Shown here: positions 26,860 to 36,585 of the stretch, in pieces
Numbering within the stretch: the first letter of the stretch is position 1
Layout of the letters: the number at the start of each line of letters is the position of its first letter
Source of the DNA: a virus
Taxonomy: Duplodnaviria > Caudoviricetes
DNA: 47,670 nucleotides
Virus record (IMG/VR): IMGVR_UViG_3300011403_000017
Coordinates: 1 to 47,670 of that record
Reading direction: 5' to 3' (one strand)
The notes under the pieces: model-generated
The model's database searches: none
What the model was told of the DNA's origin: nothing
Seen by the model: only the letters and a program-made list of their open reading frames with translations
Made by a program: the position numbers and the translations under genes

Positions 26860-29179
26860 TTTGTCCTTCTCCTAATGGTTCTCCAGTACTTTGAGGCGCT
26901 GGAGCACCTTGTTGGGGCGGGGCCATCATTCCGCCTTGGGCCATCATCTGCTGTTGTGCCATCTCCATCTGCTTCTGCATATCCATATCTTTATGCATCT
27001 TCATGTGGAGTAACACGTTCTCGTATCCCGCTGGATTTTCTAGTTTACACAGGCGTCCCGCATCACTTACCAGCCATCTCCTGTCAATGTCCGCAGCCAC
27101 CATATGATTATCTACGTCATAGTCCGCCTGAACTGACGGTGTTCTAATTGGAGGAGGTGGTGGCATTCCCATCATAGCTGCCTCCTGTTCCATCATAGGA
27201 TCTGGAGGTTCTTCTATCGGCTCGCTATTGATGAGCAATTGAATTTCTTCGTATTCCTTCTGTTTGTCGTCACCATCTGGAATAACGAAGTCATTCAGTC
27301 CTATAGCCCTTTTCAAATAAGGAATATTCTCTGGTGTCATCAGCATAGCCATAATTGGATCACTATTCATCTTGAATAGCTCCATAATGGAGTCTTTCTG
27401 CTGATTCCACGTTATTGGGAGATTCTCGTTAGCCTCTAGTTCGATATTCCCTATCTTCCCCTCAAGTTCTGATCTACGAATGAAGATATTGACGAAGTTT
27501 CCAAACTCGTCCTTCTTGACCTGTTTCTCGTCATCCTTCATTTCCTTTATGTACATGGGGATGACTTTTCCGAATATCGTCTTCCACCACATGGTCAACA
27601 TCTTCCATGTAGTCTGGAGTCTCTGCAACGCCTGCGCGCGTGACATGGAGTATTCTGACGCAGTTCTACTACCCGCCATTTGCCCACCGAATAATGACGG
27701 AAGTGCTCCACTAACCAACTGACCCGTCTGTTGGATCTTCTCTGCGAATGGTAACACCTCCGCTGAAAGAGTAGCAGTTTTTACCTCGTAGAATCCCTCT
27801 CCCAACGGTTTCCCAGACTTAGGAGTAGCAGGGTATATTCCACCTGGAATTACCTCACTATTACGGTAGGCATTAAAGTTCAGAACTTTGGGGTCTGCAA
27901 AAGTCTGTGGAATCCCGTGTTCTACAGTCTGAAGGACGAGAGAAATTAGATCGTTCGTAATATCTTGAACTGACGTTAGCAGAAGCCCAAGAGGATCAAA
28001 ATGAATGTAATCAGACAGAGGATTGTAGGTAAGAGTCCAACAGTCATCCAAGGCTTCATTTTCTGCATGGGCTACTAGATCATTGACGATGCAGACCTTC
28101 ACGCCGTCAGGAAACTGCTTTTTCAGCTGTTCCACTTCACCTTCGTCATGAAGTACGTTATAAGCGCAAGGACGAAGCCAACAATTACGTACAGTAACGT
28201 TATTAACAGGATGTTCTCCCCTGTATTGGGGGCTGGTTCTTCCCCACTGCTCGTACAAGTCATACGTCGCTCCCCCACGTTGAATTTTATCCTTGAGATG
28301 AGGGTACTTCTCAAGTACGTTCGAGAAGTGCGTTTCATACGAGTAGATCAGGTACGAACATTCTTTCTGAGTACGCGCCCAGACGGGTACTTTAACGAAC
28401 AAACCCCCATAAACTTCCATGCAAATACGAGTCTTTGGGTGCTTAGTGACTCCTACGAGCCGAGTAACCGTGACTGACTGATTCCTCTTGTCGGGGATGA
28501 CCTGCTGCGCGCACGTAGGGCACATTTCTACGCCCTCGTCAATCGCCATGTTGATCGTTACGTCTTCCTCCCCCGGCATAAACTTGTCTGACTGCGTATC
28601 CGTAATATCTTTATCCGCCATCTCCGTTCCACAAAACGGACAGACAGACATTTGGTGCAGTTCAGAACTCTCGTCGTATTTCTTAGTTTCGTACGTTCCG
28701 TAGGATTCATCCTCTTTCGGATACGCGTAACACGCGGTCATGCCCTCAGTACAGAAGACGAATAACGCATGAAGCCAGAATAACGGCGCGTCATTGTGCC
28801 TGAAGACTAATTCTGCAATCTTATCGCCAGCCTTAGCCGTAATAACGTCTAGGGGATTGTCCGCGTCGTCAGGATAGCAAGTAATAGGAGGAACTGTAAC
28901 AGACAAAGCAGCAATAATAGACTCAAGGTAAGCTCGAAAGACATTGACCGGCTTGTCGTAATAACCCTGGTCAGAATCTTCTCCACTCCGTTCGGACTCT
29001 GGGATACGCCAGTCATGTGCAACCTCACTGTAGTACGTGTGCTGAACATTTTCCCACAGGAGCTTCAGTCTACGCCACTGCCTGATCTGCCGATCGCGCA
29101 CACCTCTATCTTCCTCGTCGAAATGATCGACAATTTGCTTTAGTAAATTACTCGTGGCGTCATCTATTTCAGGAGTCAT
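26840..29179 (-). CDS. Portal protein (with CxxC..CxxC insertion)
   Basis: 779 aa after TerL; LLTSVQDITND, LVSGALPSLFGG..SRTASE (P22-like portal pattern); Q/M/P-rich tail. Confidence 0.85.
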   Translation of the reverse strand: MTPEIDDATSNLLKQIVDHFDEEDRGVRDRQIRQWRRLKLLWENVQHTYYSEVAHDWRIPESERSGEDSDQGYYDKPVNVFRAYLESIIAALSVTVPPITCYPDDADNPLDVITAKAGDKIAELVFRHNDAPLFWLHALFVFCTEGMTACYAYPKEDESYGTYETKKYDESSELHQMSVCPFCGTEMADKDITDTQSDKFMPGEEDVTINMAIDEGVEMCPTCAQQVIPDKRNQSVTVTRLVGVTKHPKTRICMEVYGGLFVKVPVWARTQKECSYLIYSYETHFSNVLEKYPHLKDKIQRGGATYDLYEQWGRTSPQYRGEHPVNNVTVRNCWLRPCAYNVLHDEGEVEQLKKQFPDGVKVCIVNDLVAHAENEALDDCWTLTYNPLSDYIHFDPLGLLLTSVQDITNDLISLVLQTVEHGIPQTFADPKVLNFNAYRNSEVIPGGIYPATPKSGKPLGEGFYEVKTATLSAEVLPFAEKIQQTGQLVSGALPSLFGGQMAGSRTASEYSMSRAQALQRLQTTWKMLTMWWKTIFGKVIPMYIKEMKDDEKQVKKDEFGNFVNIFIRRSELEGKIGNIELEANENLPITWNQQKDSIMELFKMNSDPIMAMLMTPENIPYLKRAIGLNDFVIPDGDDKQKEYEEIQLLINSEPIEEPPDPMMEQEAAMMGMPPPPPIRTPSVQADYDVDNHMVAADIDRRWLVSDAGRLCKLENPAGYENVLLHMKMHKDMDMQKQMEMAQQQMMAQGGMMAPPQQGAPAPQSTGEPLGEGQSEPTIQ

Positions 29180-29955
29180 TGCACAGCCTGTCTACGCCGA
29201 CCACCCGAGGGGTAAAATGGAGGCATTCTACTAGTCGTCACGGAGTCATCTTCGTTCGCAGTATTTATGTCGTATCCCTGACGCCAAGGCTGATTACGAA
29301 TTGCTTCCATACGACCCGCGCCGATACTGTCTGCGAGATTTGGATTATTCTGGTCCGAATTACCCATGACTGGACCGAGCTGACGACGCATCTGCTGATG
29401 AAATCTACTCAGTCCTTGACCCCCTCTATCTGTAGCTCCACCCGTCCCCTGATATAAGGAAGTCCTTCCCGGATTAAATCCACCTCTTTCCTCTATATAT
29501 GGAGGGGTTCCAAATTGTCCTCGTCCACCTTGACCCAAAATTCCACCTAACGCCTCTTGCCACCCTCCACCCTGACCTATTCCACCACCTATACCACCAC
29601 CTACACCACCCGGCATCCTCTGACCCGGTGCTTGGTTACTTCCACCCATCCCACCAAGTATCCTACTCAACGAATCTTTCCATCCACCACCACCAAGACT
29701 ACTATTCACACTTCCTACGTCATTACGTAAGAAGTCTGTATTCTTGGGGCCTAATCCTTTAACTAATCCACCTGTAAGTCCGCTGGTAATTCCAGATTTC
29801 AGGGCATCTCCCCACGAGCCACCCTGATTGAATTTCGTATCAAGTGCGCCCACACCTGCATTTATGAACTGTCCACCAGGGACAAAGTTCAATGCTGGCG
29901 CGGCCATCTTACCGACCTTCAACAATCCTTTACCGAGATTTCCTAGGAAACTCAT
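29176..29955 (-). CDS. Gly-rich protein with N-terminal amphipathic helix (pilot/internal protein-like)
   Basis: SD gaggt before MSFLGNLGKGLLKVGKMAAPALNFVPG. Confidence 0.6.
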   Translation of the reverse strand: MSFLGNLGKGLLKVGKMAAPALNFVPGGQFINAGVGALDTKFNQGGSWGDALKSGITSGLTGGLVKGLGPKNTDFLRNDVGSVNSSLGGGGWKDSLSRILGGMGGSNQAPGQRMPGGVGGGIGGGIGQGGGWQEALGGILGQGGRGQFGTPPYIEERGGFNPGRTSLYQGTGGATDRGGQGLSRFHQQMRRQLGPVMGNSDQNNPNLADSIGAGRMEAIRNQPWRQGYDINTANEDDSVTTSRMPPFYPSGGRRRQAVQ

Positions 29956-29956
29956 G

Positions 29957-30130
29957 TCAACCTCGGACTGGAATGTCAGCGATACCAAGGACGCGCATCA
30001 AATACAGAATCACGATGATTGCCACAATTACGTAGATAACAGTCTTAAAGATAGGGGGCATTGGAATGTAAGTCGTGATGAGATATACCAAAAATCCCAC
30101 AACAGCAAGCGTGAGAATTAGCATAATCAT
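29957..30130 (-). CDS. Small two-TM membrane protein (Thivi_2564-like; holin candidate), 57 aa
   Basis: Read by hand: MIMLILTLAVVGFLVYLITTYIPMPPIFKTVIYVIVAIIVILYLMRVLG. Confidence 0.7.
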   Translation of the reverse strand: MIMLILTLAVVGFLVYLITTYIPMPPIFKTVIYVIVAIIVILYLMRVLGIADIPVRG

Positions 30131-30285
30131 ATTCTTTTTCCGTTCTTTTCGCCCCTGTAGTCTTTCGACCCATGTGACAGGAATTTCTGGGCAACCTCTT
30201 TCGACGGACCTAACCCACCTTTAGGTTTGGCTCCATGCGCTATTGCCTCAAAGAATCGACGCTGTTTCTCAGACTTTACTGGCAT
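30127..30285 (-). CDS. Small basic phage protein (52 aa, MPVKSEKQRRFFEAIAHG..)
   Basis: Read by hand; ATGA overlap; MPxKSxxQxxF pattern frequently seen near phage packaging genes. Confidence 0.65.
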   Translation of the reverse strand: MPVKSEKQRRFFEAIAHGAKPKGGLGPSKEVAQKFLSHGSKDYRGEKNGKRI

Positions 30286-30598
30286 TAGCTACGCCCAATT
30301 CCTTTTCTAATTCACTAATTTCTTGTGCCTTAGATTTCATTAAGGCTGCGGCTTTTCTATCCTCAGCCTCAAGCATCTGTTGCCTTACGCGCCAAGGCGT
30401 AAACTGTGGCTTAAAAGGACGGAGTTCCTCTTGTGGACTAACAGGTGGTTCGACCTTATCCTTATCCAATAGACGGTTCAGAAGTTCTCTACGTTCTCTA
30501 TTGCTCTCATCGAGCTGAGAACGAAGAACTTCACACGTATCACATGGCATATCGGATAGGCCGAACCATTTATAACACAGCTGCTTTACGATGCTCAT
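30269..30598 (-). CDS. Hypothetical coiled-coil protein with CxxC
   Basis: CDTCEVLRSQL; packed within the operon. Confidence 0.65.
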   Translation of the reverse strand: MSIVKQLCYKWFGLSDMPCDTCEVLRSQLDESNRERRELLNRLLDKDKVEPPVSPQEELRPFKPQFTPWRVRQQMLEAEDRKAAALMKSKAQEISELEKELGVANASKV

Positions 30599-31037
30599 TG
30601 GTCAGATACTCAATAACTTTAGAAATACGTTCTATATCTTCGTCTAGGAGACCAATTGCAACATTACATTTATGACATAAAATTCCACGAATTACACCTG
30701 TTCCATGATGATGATCTACACTCAGTTTTTCCATGCTGCCACAAATCATGCAACCATTTTGGGCAAGTTTGTCGAATTCTTCTTTAGTTAAACCATATTT
30801 AGTCCGTAATACATAAATACGATTAGTTTGGAGTATTTTTTCTTTATTTTGTTCGTAATAACTGCCCTTTCTATCTCTAGCTGCTGCTCGCTCGCACTCT
30901 AAACATTCAGCAATAGTACCCAAATGTTTTCCAACTCGTTGTCTATATGCAGCCAAAGGTTTAAATTCATCACAAGTAGTACACTTTCTTTCTATTTGAC
31001 CTTCAATATTAACACGAGTCTCTGCATATTTAGGCAT
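30570..31037 (-). CDS. Endonuclease VII-family (homing-type) endonuclease
   Basis: CTTC..CLEC; KYGLT..CMICG..LSVDHHH..IRGILCHKCNVAIG; AT-rich. Confidence 0.88.
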   Translation of the reverse strand: MPKYAETRVNIEGQIERKCTTCDEFKPLAAYRQRVGKHLGTIAECLECERAAARDRKGSYYEQNKEKILQTNRIYVLRTKYGLTKEEFDKLAQNGCMICGSMEKLSVDHHHGTGVIRGILCHKCNVAIGLLDEDIERISKVIEYLTNEHRKAAVL

Positions 31038-31039
31038 AA

Positions 31040-32674
31040 TTAGTGTCTGTACCTTCCTACAGGTTTTATAAAATCATCTGATTCCACTTTACGCATATTT
31101 CTATAAAAAGCTGTCCAATCATTTGAAGTACTTAGCTGATTTACAAGTGCTTCTTGTGCCTGAATCTTCTTAAATTCCATATTAGCATCGTCAAAGAACC
31201 CCTCAGCTGCATCCACAAGGTATCTCAAGCCATCTATTGGGTCGTCACCCTCGAATTCTGCTATGTCTTCAGCAGGCTTGTTTCCCTTCGGTTTATCATA
31301 GCTACACGCCTTAATTGCTTCCACTAAAACCGGAGCTGCATCCTTAAAAATCTGCAATTTGGGTAGATTTTTCTCAGGTTCTTGTGGAAGAAATGAATTC
31401 ATATAGGCTTTGTATTCCGCGAGTCCCCTATTTCTGTGAATCCACATCGCATATTCTTCGTTGTATGTTCCCATTTCCTGTTCATTTATCAGTTTAGGCT
31501 GCCACCGTAGGTACTCGTGTATAAGAAGTTTTCCAGCAATGCGTGAACCGGGAGTATTATTAGACAATTCGACTGACTGTCCAAGTTCGTCTTCAATTTG
31601 TTGCTGGATTGTGTGTTCCTGTCCTCGTTCTTGTCCTGCGGACTTACAGAATCTAATGAGGCGCGGACTTTCTTTGTCGATGTAGAGTTTGACATGAGGT
31701 GCCCACTCTGCAATTTTAGTCTTTACCCAATATTGTTCACGATAGATATATACGCGCTTTGAAGGGCTGATAGCCGCATAACCAATCCATGTCATAGCTG
31801 CAAATCCCCAGTCTCCAATGACCATTCTAGGCCACCACTGTGGGATTTCAAATGGCTCCACTACATGTAACGCGTTAGATGGTTCATCTTCAAACTTACG
31901 ATCCCGAAACTCGTCGAAGACTTGTCCTTGGTAAGCGTCCCAATTACCAAACAGTTTGGCTTTTCGCTCAGCTTCAATAGTAATACCTTGAAGGCTTTGC
32001 TTGTACGTGGGATCGATGTGCGAGTTGTCTTCGAGCGTAGAATGGATGTAGATCCTTTTGTTCCCACCCTTGCCGACAATTATTTTCCCGCCTTTAGGGT
32101 AAGGTTTAATAAAGCGTTTATAAGTCCAAGTATGACCAATGCCCCCAGGCATACCAGCAGCACGAGTAATACTAGGAAGTCCCGAATCCTTTGGAGCACG
32201 ATTGCGTTGAAAAGTTATGTAGGTGTATATCCACTCGGTGATGCTAGTCAACTCGTCTGGAGTGTACAGACATATCTGCATAGTGTCGTACTGATGTACG
32301 TCATCTTCATTCTCACAATGACCCAAAAAGATCATTGCACCCTCATTAGTTCCACCCGTACCGCCATATTGATCAGTTCTGGGGAAGGTCCAACACATTT
32401 CAGTCTTGTTAAGAGTTGCTCCGAACTTCCTATACAGTTCACGGCTTCTCGGAATAATCTCATTGCGCAGCTCTGGATATGTTCTGCGCATGAATACTTG
32501 CTTAAATTTAGGATGTTCATGCCATCGATGGACAATTCCATAGAGAAGAAGTACGTCGGACTTTCCGCTACCGGCTCCTCCGCCATAAAAAGCCTCTTTC
32601 ACCGTCGTAGGAATAGACAGGAAAAGCTCCTGCTTAGGCTCCGGCCTCCACTCATTAGGAAGTGATAGAGCCAT
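31040..32674 (-). CDS. terL: Terminase large subunit
   Basis: Walker A GGGAGSGKS, Walker B YTPDELT, nuclease GDWGF..YIYRE..DDPIDGLRY. Confidence 0.93.
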   Translation of the reverse strand: MALSLPNEWRPEPKQELFLSIPTTVKEAFYGGGAGSGKSDVLLLYGIVHRWHEHPKFKQVFMRRTYPELRNEIIPRSRELYRKFGATLNKTEMCWTFPRTDQYGGTGGTNEGAMIFLGHCENEDDVHQYDTMQICLYTPDELTSITEWIYTYITFQRNRAPKDSGLPSITRAAGMPGGIGHTWTYKRFIKPYPKGGKIIVGKGGNKRIYIHSTLEDNSHIDPTYKQSLQGITIEAERKAKLFGNWDAYQGQVFDEFRDRKFEDEPSNALHVVEPFEIPQWWPRMVIGDWGFAAMTWIGYAAISPSKRVYIYREQYWVKTKIAEWAPHVKLYIDKESPRLIRFCKSAGQERGQEHTIQQQIEDELGQSVELSNNTPGSRIAGKLLIHEYLRWQPKLINEQEMGTYNEEYAMWIHRNRGLAEYKAYMNSFLPQEPEKNLPKLQIFKDAAPVLVEAIKACSYDKPKGNKPAEDIAEFEGDDPIDGLRYLVDAAEGFFDDANMEFKKIQAQEALVNQLSTSNDWTAFYRNMRKVESDDFIKPVGRYRH

Positions 32675-32677
32675 AGA

Positions 32678-33292
32678 CTAAGCTACCGCTCCACTACGTC
32701 TAAATGCTTCTGCTTCTTCTCTTGGTATCATCTTACCCCAACCATTGTTTACCATTGCTGGTGGTTGATATCCACCCTGTCCACCCCACCTTTGCATCAT
32801 CTGTTGCAACTTACTCTGTTGTGGACTCATTCCACCCTGCATAGATTGCATCCAAGGCGGAGCTTCTCCACCCTGCATTGCAGGCTTCTGTCCTTGTAGT
32901 TCTTGCACAGCTTCAGGATTCTCTTGTGGCATCTGTTGCTGTTGTCCATACATTGGACCCATACTCTGCCCACCCATCTGCCCCATCTTCTGCTGCATAA
33001 ACTGAGGGAGCATTCCACGCATCTGACCCATCTGTTGGCCGAATCTACCTTGAGGGGCCATTGGGCCTTGCCTCATACCCCCACCAAAAGGAGTATTAGC
33101 TTGTGGTTGACCGTATGGATTACCCGGTCTAGGTGATTGTGTTCCACCACCCATCCCAGGATTCTGTCCAAACATTGCGCCCTGTTGTTGCATAGCTGTT
33201 CTGGGTGTACCGTTGTATGGAATTTGAGCGGAACTCATTCCACCGCCTCCACCCATACCCATAGCACCGCGCATAGCTTGACCGAAGGGCAT
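32678..33292 (-). CDS. Gln/Gly/Met/Pro-rich low-complexity protein
   Basis: Composition; SD ggag; between the fascin-repeat gene and terL. Confidence 0.65.
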   Translation of the reverse strand: MPFGQAMRGAMGMGGGGGMSSAQIPYNGTPRTAMQQQGAMFGQNPGMGGGTQSPRPGNPYGQPQANTPFGGGMRQGPMAPQGRFGQQMGQMRGMLPQFMQQKMGQMGGQSMGPMYGQQQQMPQENPEAVQELQGQKPAMQGGEAPPWMQSMQGGMSPQQSKLQQMMQRWGGQGGYQPPAMVNNGWGKMIPREEAEAFRRSGAVA

Positions 33293-33300
33293 AACTACTC

Positions 33301-33936
33301 CTACTGTCCTCTACGCATTCTGAAAGATTCCCACGGGCCTACGTTACTACGAGCCGTAAAGTCATAGGGCGCACTGTCTTCTATAGGACCGCCACCCTCT
33401 GCACAGATAATCTTTCCATTCGCACTCTCCAAGGCAATCTTATCGTCTACCTTGAAGTAATCTGCGAGTATTGCGTAGACTTCCTCTCTAGAGATTCCAC
33501 TAGAGGGAGGAATTGGTTGTGACCCATTGGCAGGAACTACAGGGGAATATTCGTTACCCGCCACGTAGTACCATGCCCACACGAGTCCACTCTGAACTGA
33601 CCTGAAATCCTGTTGTGGGTCTGACTTAGCACTGTACGTGCCGGGTGCATCATCCAAGTATTGGATACATCTCGTGTAGTATCCATTCTCGTCTGGTGTG
33701 TTAGACGGCAGGAATATCCGACCTTTGGGCGCACCTGAGAACTGTTGCGTAAACGCAAAGAAAGGCATCGACGCGTTGGGTACTACACCAGGCCCGTATC
33801 CCGGAGGTAATCCACATCCAGTCATTATGGTTTCCCAGTTATTCGCTGGTGCTCCCAACGACTGACCAATTCCCGCGTAGAACCACGCTTTAGCTTCTTC
33901 TTCATTCTGCGGGCAACGACTCATATCGAATGACAT
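33301..33936 (-). CDS. Protein with C-terminal fascin/beta-trefoil-like repeat
   Basis: KIALESANGKIICAEGGG..ARSNVGPWESF; N-terminal domain not recognised. Confidence 0.6.
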   Translation of the reverse strand: MSFDMSRCPQNEEEAKAWFYAGIGQSLGAPANNWETIMTGCGLPPGYGPGVVPNASMPFFAFTQQFSGAPKGRIFLPSNTPDENGYYTRCIQYLDDAPGTYSAKSDPQQDFRSVQSGLVWAWYYVAGNEYSPVVPANGSQPIPPSSGISREEVYAILADYFKVDDKIALESANGKIICAEGGGPIEDSAPYDFTARSNVGPWESFRMRRGQ

Positions 33937-33944
33937 ATTTTCTC

Positions 33945-34184
33945 TCAATCTCGCTTCAAGACGACAAGTGCGTTACCTGCGGCCTTGATAAATCCACCCG
34001 TAACCGTCGCCTGACCACCCGTCAACGTAACAGCTACGTTAGCAGTAAACGCCTGCGTATTACTCTGCGTAATCGTTGGAGTAGTCGCGTCCGTAAACAG
34101 GGTGGCCTTGACCGCCGGGAGCGCATAAGAGACTCCCGCAAGCATTGTGACTGGAGTACCTAGAGGGAGAAGTTCTGTGGGCAC
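33945..34184 (-). CDS. Small beta-rich virion protein
   Basis: T/A/V-rich; GTG start. Confidence 0.6.
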   Translation of the reverse strand: MPTELLPLGTPVTMLAGVSYALPAVKATLFTDATTPTITQSNTQAFTANVAVTLTGGQATVTGGFIKAAGNALVVLKRD

Positions 34185-34185
34185 T

Positions 34186-34746
34186 TTACTTTACTCCCTT
34201 TGGGTTAGACTGAGGGAGGGGATCGACTGACTTGACTGACGCCTTGGGATATTCTGGAGGGAGCGACTTGACTGGAGCAGACTTAGCAACTAGACCAGAT
34301 ACTCCATCTTGAATCACGAAGGTAGAAGCCTCTGACATTACGCCGTCAGAGTTCAATACAGCTACAGGAATATTCACTGCAACTACAGCAGTAGACATGT
34401 CTACCCCTGTAGTCAATTCCGTCGCACTGACGTAAGTCGTGGGTTCTTCTGAGCCATTCCACACAATGAGACTCTCCGAGTTGAATCCCGTTCCGAGAAC
34501 GTGTAGAGTAAATGACGGATCACCTATTGTGGCAGACCCAGGATTTAGACTCGACACGACGGGTTCCTCGACTGACCCCACAGTCAACACGCGCCAAATG
34601 GCTACGTATGCTTTCTCTGCAAAGCGCGAGTCACTACTCGATATGTCTAGGATCTCTTTGATCAAAGACCTCTGTTCCTCAGATACCGCGAGAGGCTCGG
34701 AATTCAGGAGTACCGCATTGAACGGATCTGTACGCAATAGGGGCAT
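34186..34746 (-). CDS. IPT/TIG (Ig-like) domain protein
   Basis: PVVSSLNPGS..FTLHVLGTGF..IVWNG..TTYVSATELT. Confidence 0.75.
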   Translation of the reverse strand: MPLLRTDPFNAVLLNSEPLAVSEEQRSLIKEILDISSSDSRFAEKAYVAIWRVLTVGSVEEPVVSSLNPGSATIGDPSFTLHVLGTGFNSESLIVWNGSEEPTTYVSATELTTGVDMSTAVVAVNIPVAVLNSDGVMSEASTFVIQDGVSGLVAKSAPVKSLPPEYPKASVKSVDPLPQSNPKGVK

Positions 34747-34749
34747 GAT

Positions 34750-35325
34750 TTACTCCGCTACATTGATAACTTCAAATGTTTTTTCTTCACGGAATTGAGG
34801 AGCAAAGATTACGAACTGAGGGGAATTACTGACTGACTCGACTGACTCTTTGGGCGGTTCCAAATTCTTGATGACCACCGTCATATCTTTTGCGATAGAC
34901 GCCAAGTCTTTGGGATCTGCGTAGTCCAGCTTTTCCTGCGTGATGGCTCCAAGTGCGCCATTCAATGTTTTCTGCGCTCTCTTGACTGCGCGTTCTCTGC
35001 TCTTGTTTATGTGCTGGATGATTGACGAGGAGGGATTATTGTAGCTCGTCGTGGATGTAGCGCCTTTGGCATACGCGCTTACTGAGGAAGGACTTACGCC
35101 AAATTCTTTTGCAAGGGAGAGAGCAGAGGATCTACCGTTTAGAAGCGCGTCTTCTGCTATGACTTTCCTCAAACTGTCAGGTACGTTTACGTCACCTTCA
35201 GACCGCCCACGTTTAGGAATGTCTTCTATCTCAATCTCAGGATGAGACTCTTTTTTCTTTGGAGTTCCAGACAAGGATTCTAACTCTTTCTGAAACTCTA
35301 TATCGTCTACGATTCCAATAGGCAT
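34750..35325 (-). CDS. HTH protein, candidate terminase small subunit
   Basis: SALSLAKEFGVSPSSVSAYAKG HTH, helical oligomerisation region, C-terminal PQFVIFAP strand; first gene of the late arm. Confidence 0.6.
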   Translation of the reverse strand: MPIGIVDDIEFQKELESLSGTPKKKESHPEIEIEDIPKRGRSEGDVNVPDSLRKVIAEDALLNGRSSALSLAKEFGVSPSSVSAYAKGATSTTSYNNPSSSIIQHINKSRERAVKRAQKTLNGALGAITQEKLDYADPKDLASIAKDMTVVIKNLEPPKESVESVSNSPQFVIFAPQFREEKTFEVINVAE

Positions 35326-35786
35326 GGCATCCGCCCTCACTAATGTTTAGATTGTACATATGGCAGAATGTAGTTGGACGGATGCCCCGTCAAGAAAGGA
35401 TAGCACGGCTGTCAAATTCACCCTGCCGCTAAACCACTGATTTGATTCGACTTCCGTCTATTTTTCGTGTTCGGTTTTACTACACTTTTTCTGATTATGT
35501 ATATTCTTTATACCTCCTTATATATTTTATGAGACTCTATATTCCTTTGTGAATAAATTGGACGATTGTAATCAAGCCCCCTACCAGGTTGTGAGGAGGC
35601 TCACTCCACATGGGTATACCCCCCTACCACGCGTAGGCCCAAGAGTCAAGAAAAAAAAAAGATTGACACAAAGATTTATTTGTGAAGCTCGCTCCCTTAT
35701 ACGTAAGACCCATCGTCCCCGACTACGCGTGGCGACGACGGCTGACGACGGGCCGAAAAAAAGATGGCTCGGCCTGTCGATTGTTG

Positions 35787-35814
35787 TTGCGGCGGACTCG
35801 TCCCGTGATACACT
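35787..35814 (+). promoter_or_regulatory. Putative sigma70 promoter with extended -10
   Basis: TTGCGG-16 nt-TACACT with TG at 35806-35807; upstream of the first early gene. Confidence 0.45.
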
Positions 35815-35969
35815 TCTCCTTGTCGGACCCTAGGCCAGCCGAAAGGCATAAGCGCCAGTCAGGAACCCGACCAAAGTTCAGGGTCGAGCGCGCAAGTTGC
35901 CTCCCCTCCCAAGCGTGAAAGACGTAAGACCGCAGCGGCGGTTCCCGCTATGACCTGAGACTAGACGTT

Positions 35970-36350
35970 ATGAAACAAGAGACAGGCAAGTCCACCGCGA
36001 ACACGGCATTCGGCAAAAAGCTCGAATCGCCGCTGACCTACTCCTACGCCTACAGCACGTATGAGTCCACCGATGAACTCGTCGCGGCCAAGGACGAAAT
36101 GACGCTGGACGAGCAGATGAAATCGCGTAACAGCGACCGTGCCAACAATGCTCGTCAAAAGGCATACGCCGCCGCGTTGGATGCTGCTGGAATCGTGAAG
36201 CCCACCGCTGAGAATGACCCTCAGATTGGACTGCGCGATATGTTCAAGACCCTCCAGACGGCGAAGCTCCCCGATGGTAGCCGCCGCTACACTGACGAGC
36301 AGGCGAAAGAAATCGCCTCGACAAACCTCGGCGTCGAATGGGCTGAGTAG
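35970..36350 (+). CDS. Early hypothetical protein (126 aa)
   Basis: Clean ORF with GC3-biased codons, followed by a hairpin. Confidence 0.8.
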   Translation: MKQETGKSTANTAFGKKLESPLTYSYAYSTYESTDELVAAKDEMTLDEQMKSRNSDRANNARQKAYAAALDAAGIVKPTAENDPQIGLRDMFKTLQTAKLPDGSRRYTDEQAKEIASTNLGVEWAE

Positions 36351-36357
36351 TTCTACT

Positions 36358-36384
36358 GGCCCGGAGGTTGTCTACTTCCGGGCC
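36358..36384 (+). terminator. GC-rich hairpin after the first early gene (terminator or processing site)
   Basis: ggcccgga..tccgggcc stem; no good U-tract. Confidence 0.45.
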
Positions 36385-36399
36385 ATCCCTCAAACATCC

Positions 36400-36528
36400 A
36401 TGAGTAAATGTCCGAAAGGCCATCCACTCACCCGCACAATAGCTGGCAAGCTCTACTGCGTTACATGTAAGATTTCAGACCGCCATCCACGTTTGAAAGA
36501 ACGCCCACGGACGCGAACCAAACGTTAG
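36400..36528 (+). CDS. Tiny basic Zn-finger protein (42 aa)
   Basis: MSKCPKGH..LYCVTC; resembles the CxxGH..CxxC module of the HNH genes. Confidence 0.45.
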   Translation: MSKCPKGHPLTRTIAGKLYCVTCKISDRHPRLKERPRTRTKR

Positions 36529-36585
36529 ACCCAAGGCCCGGAGGACAGCCACTCCGGGCTTTCGCATGTCTACCCCACCACTCGA

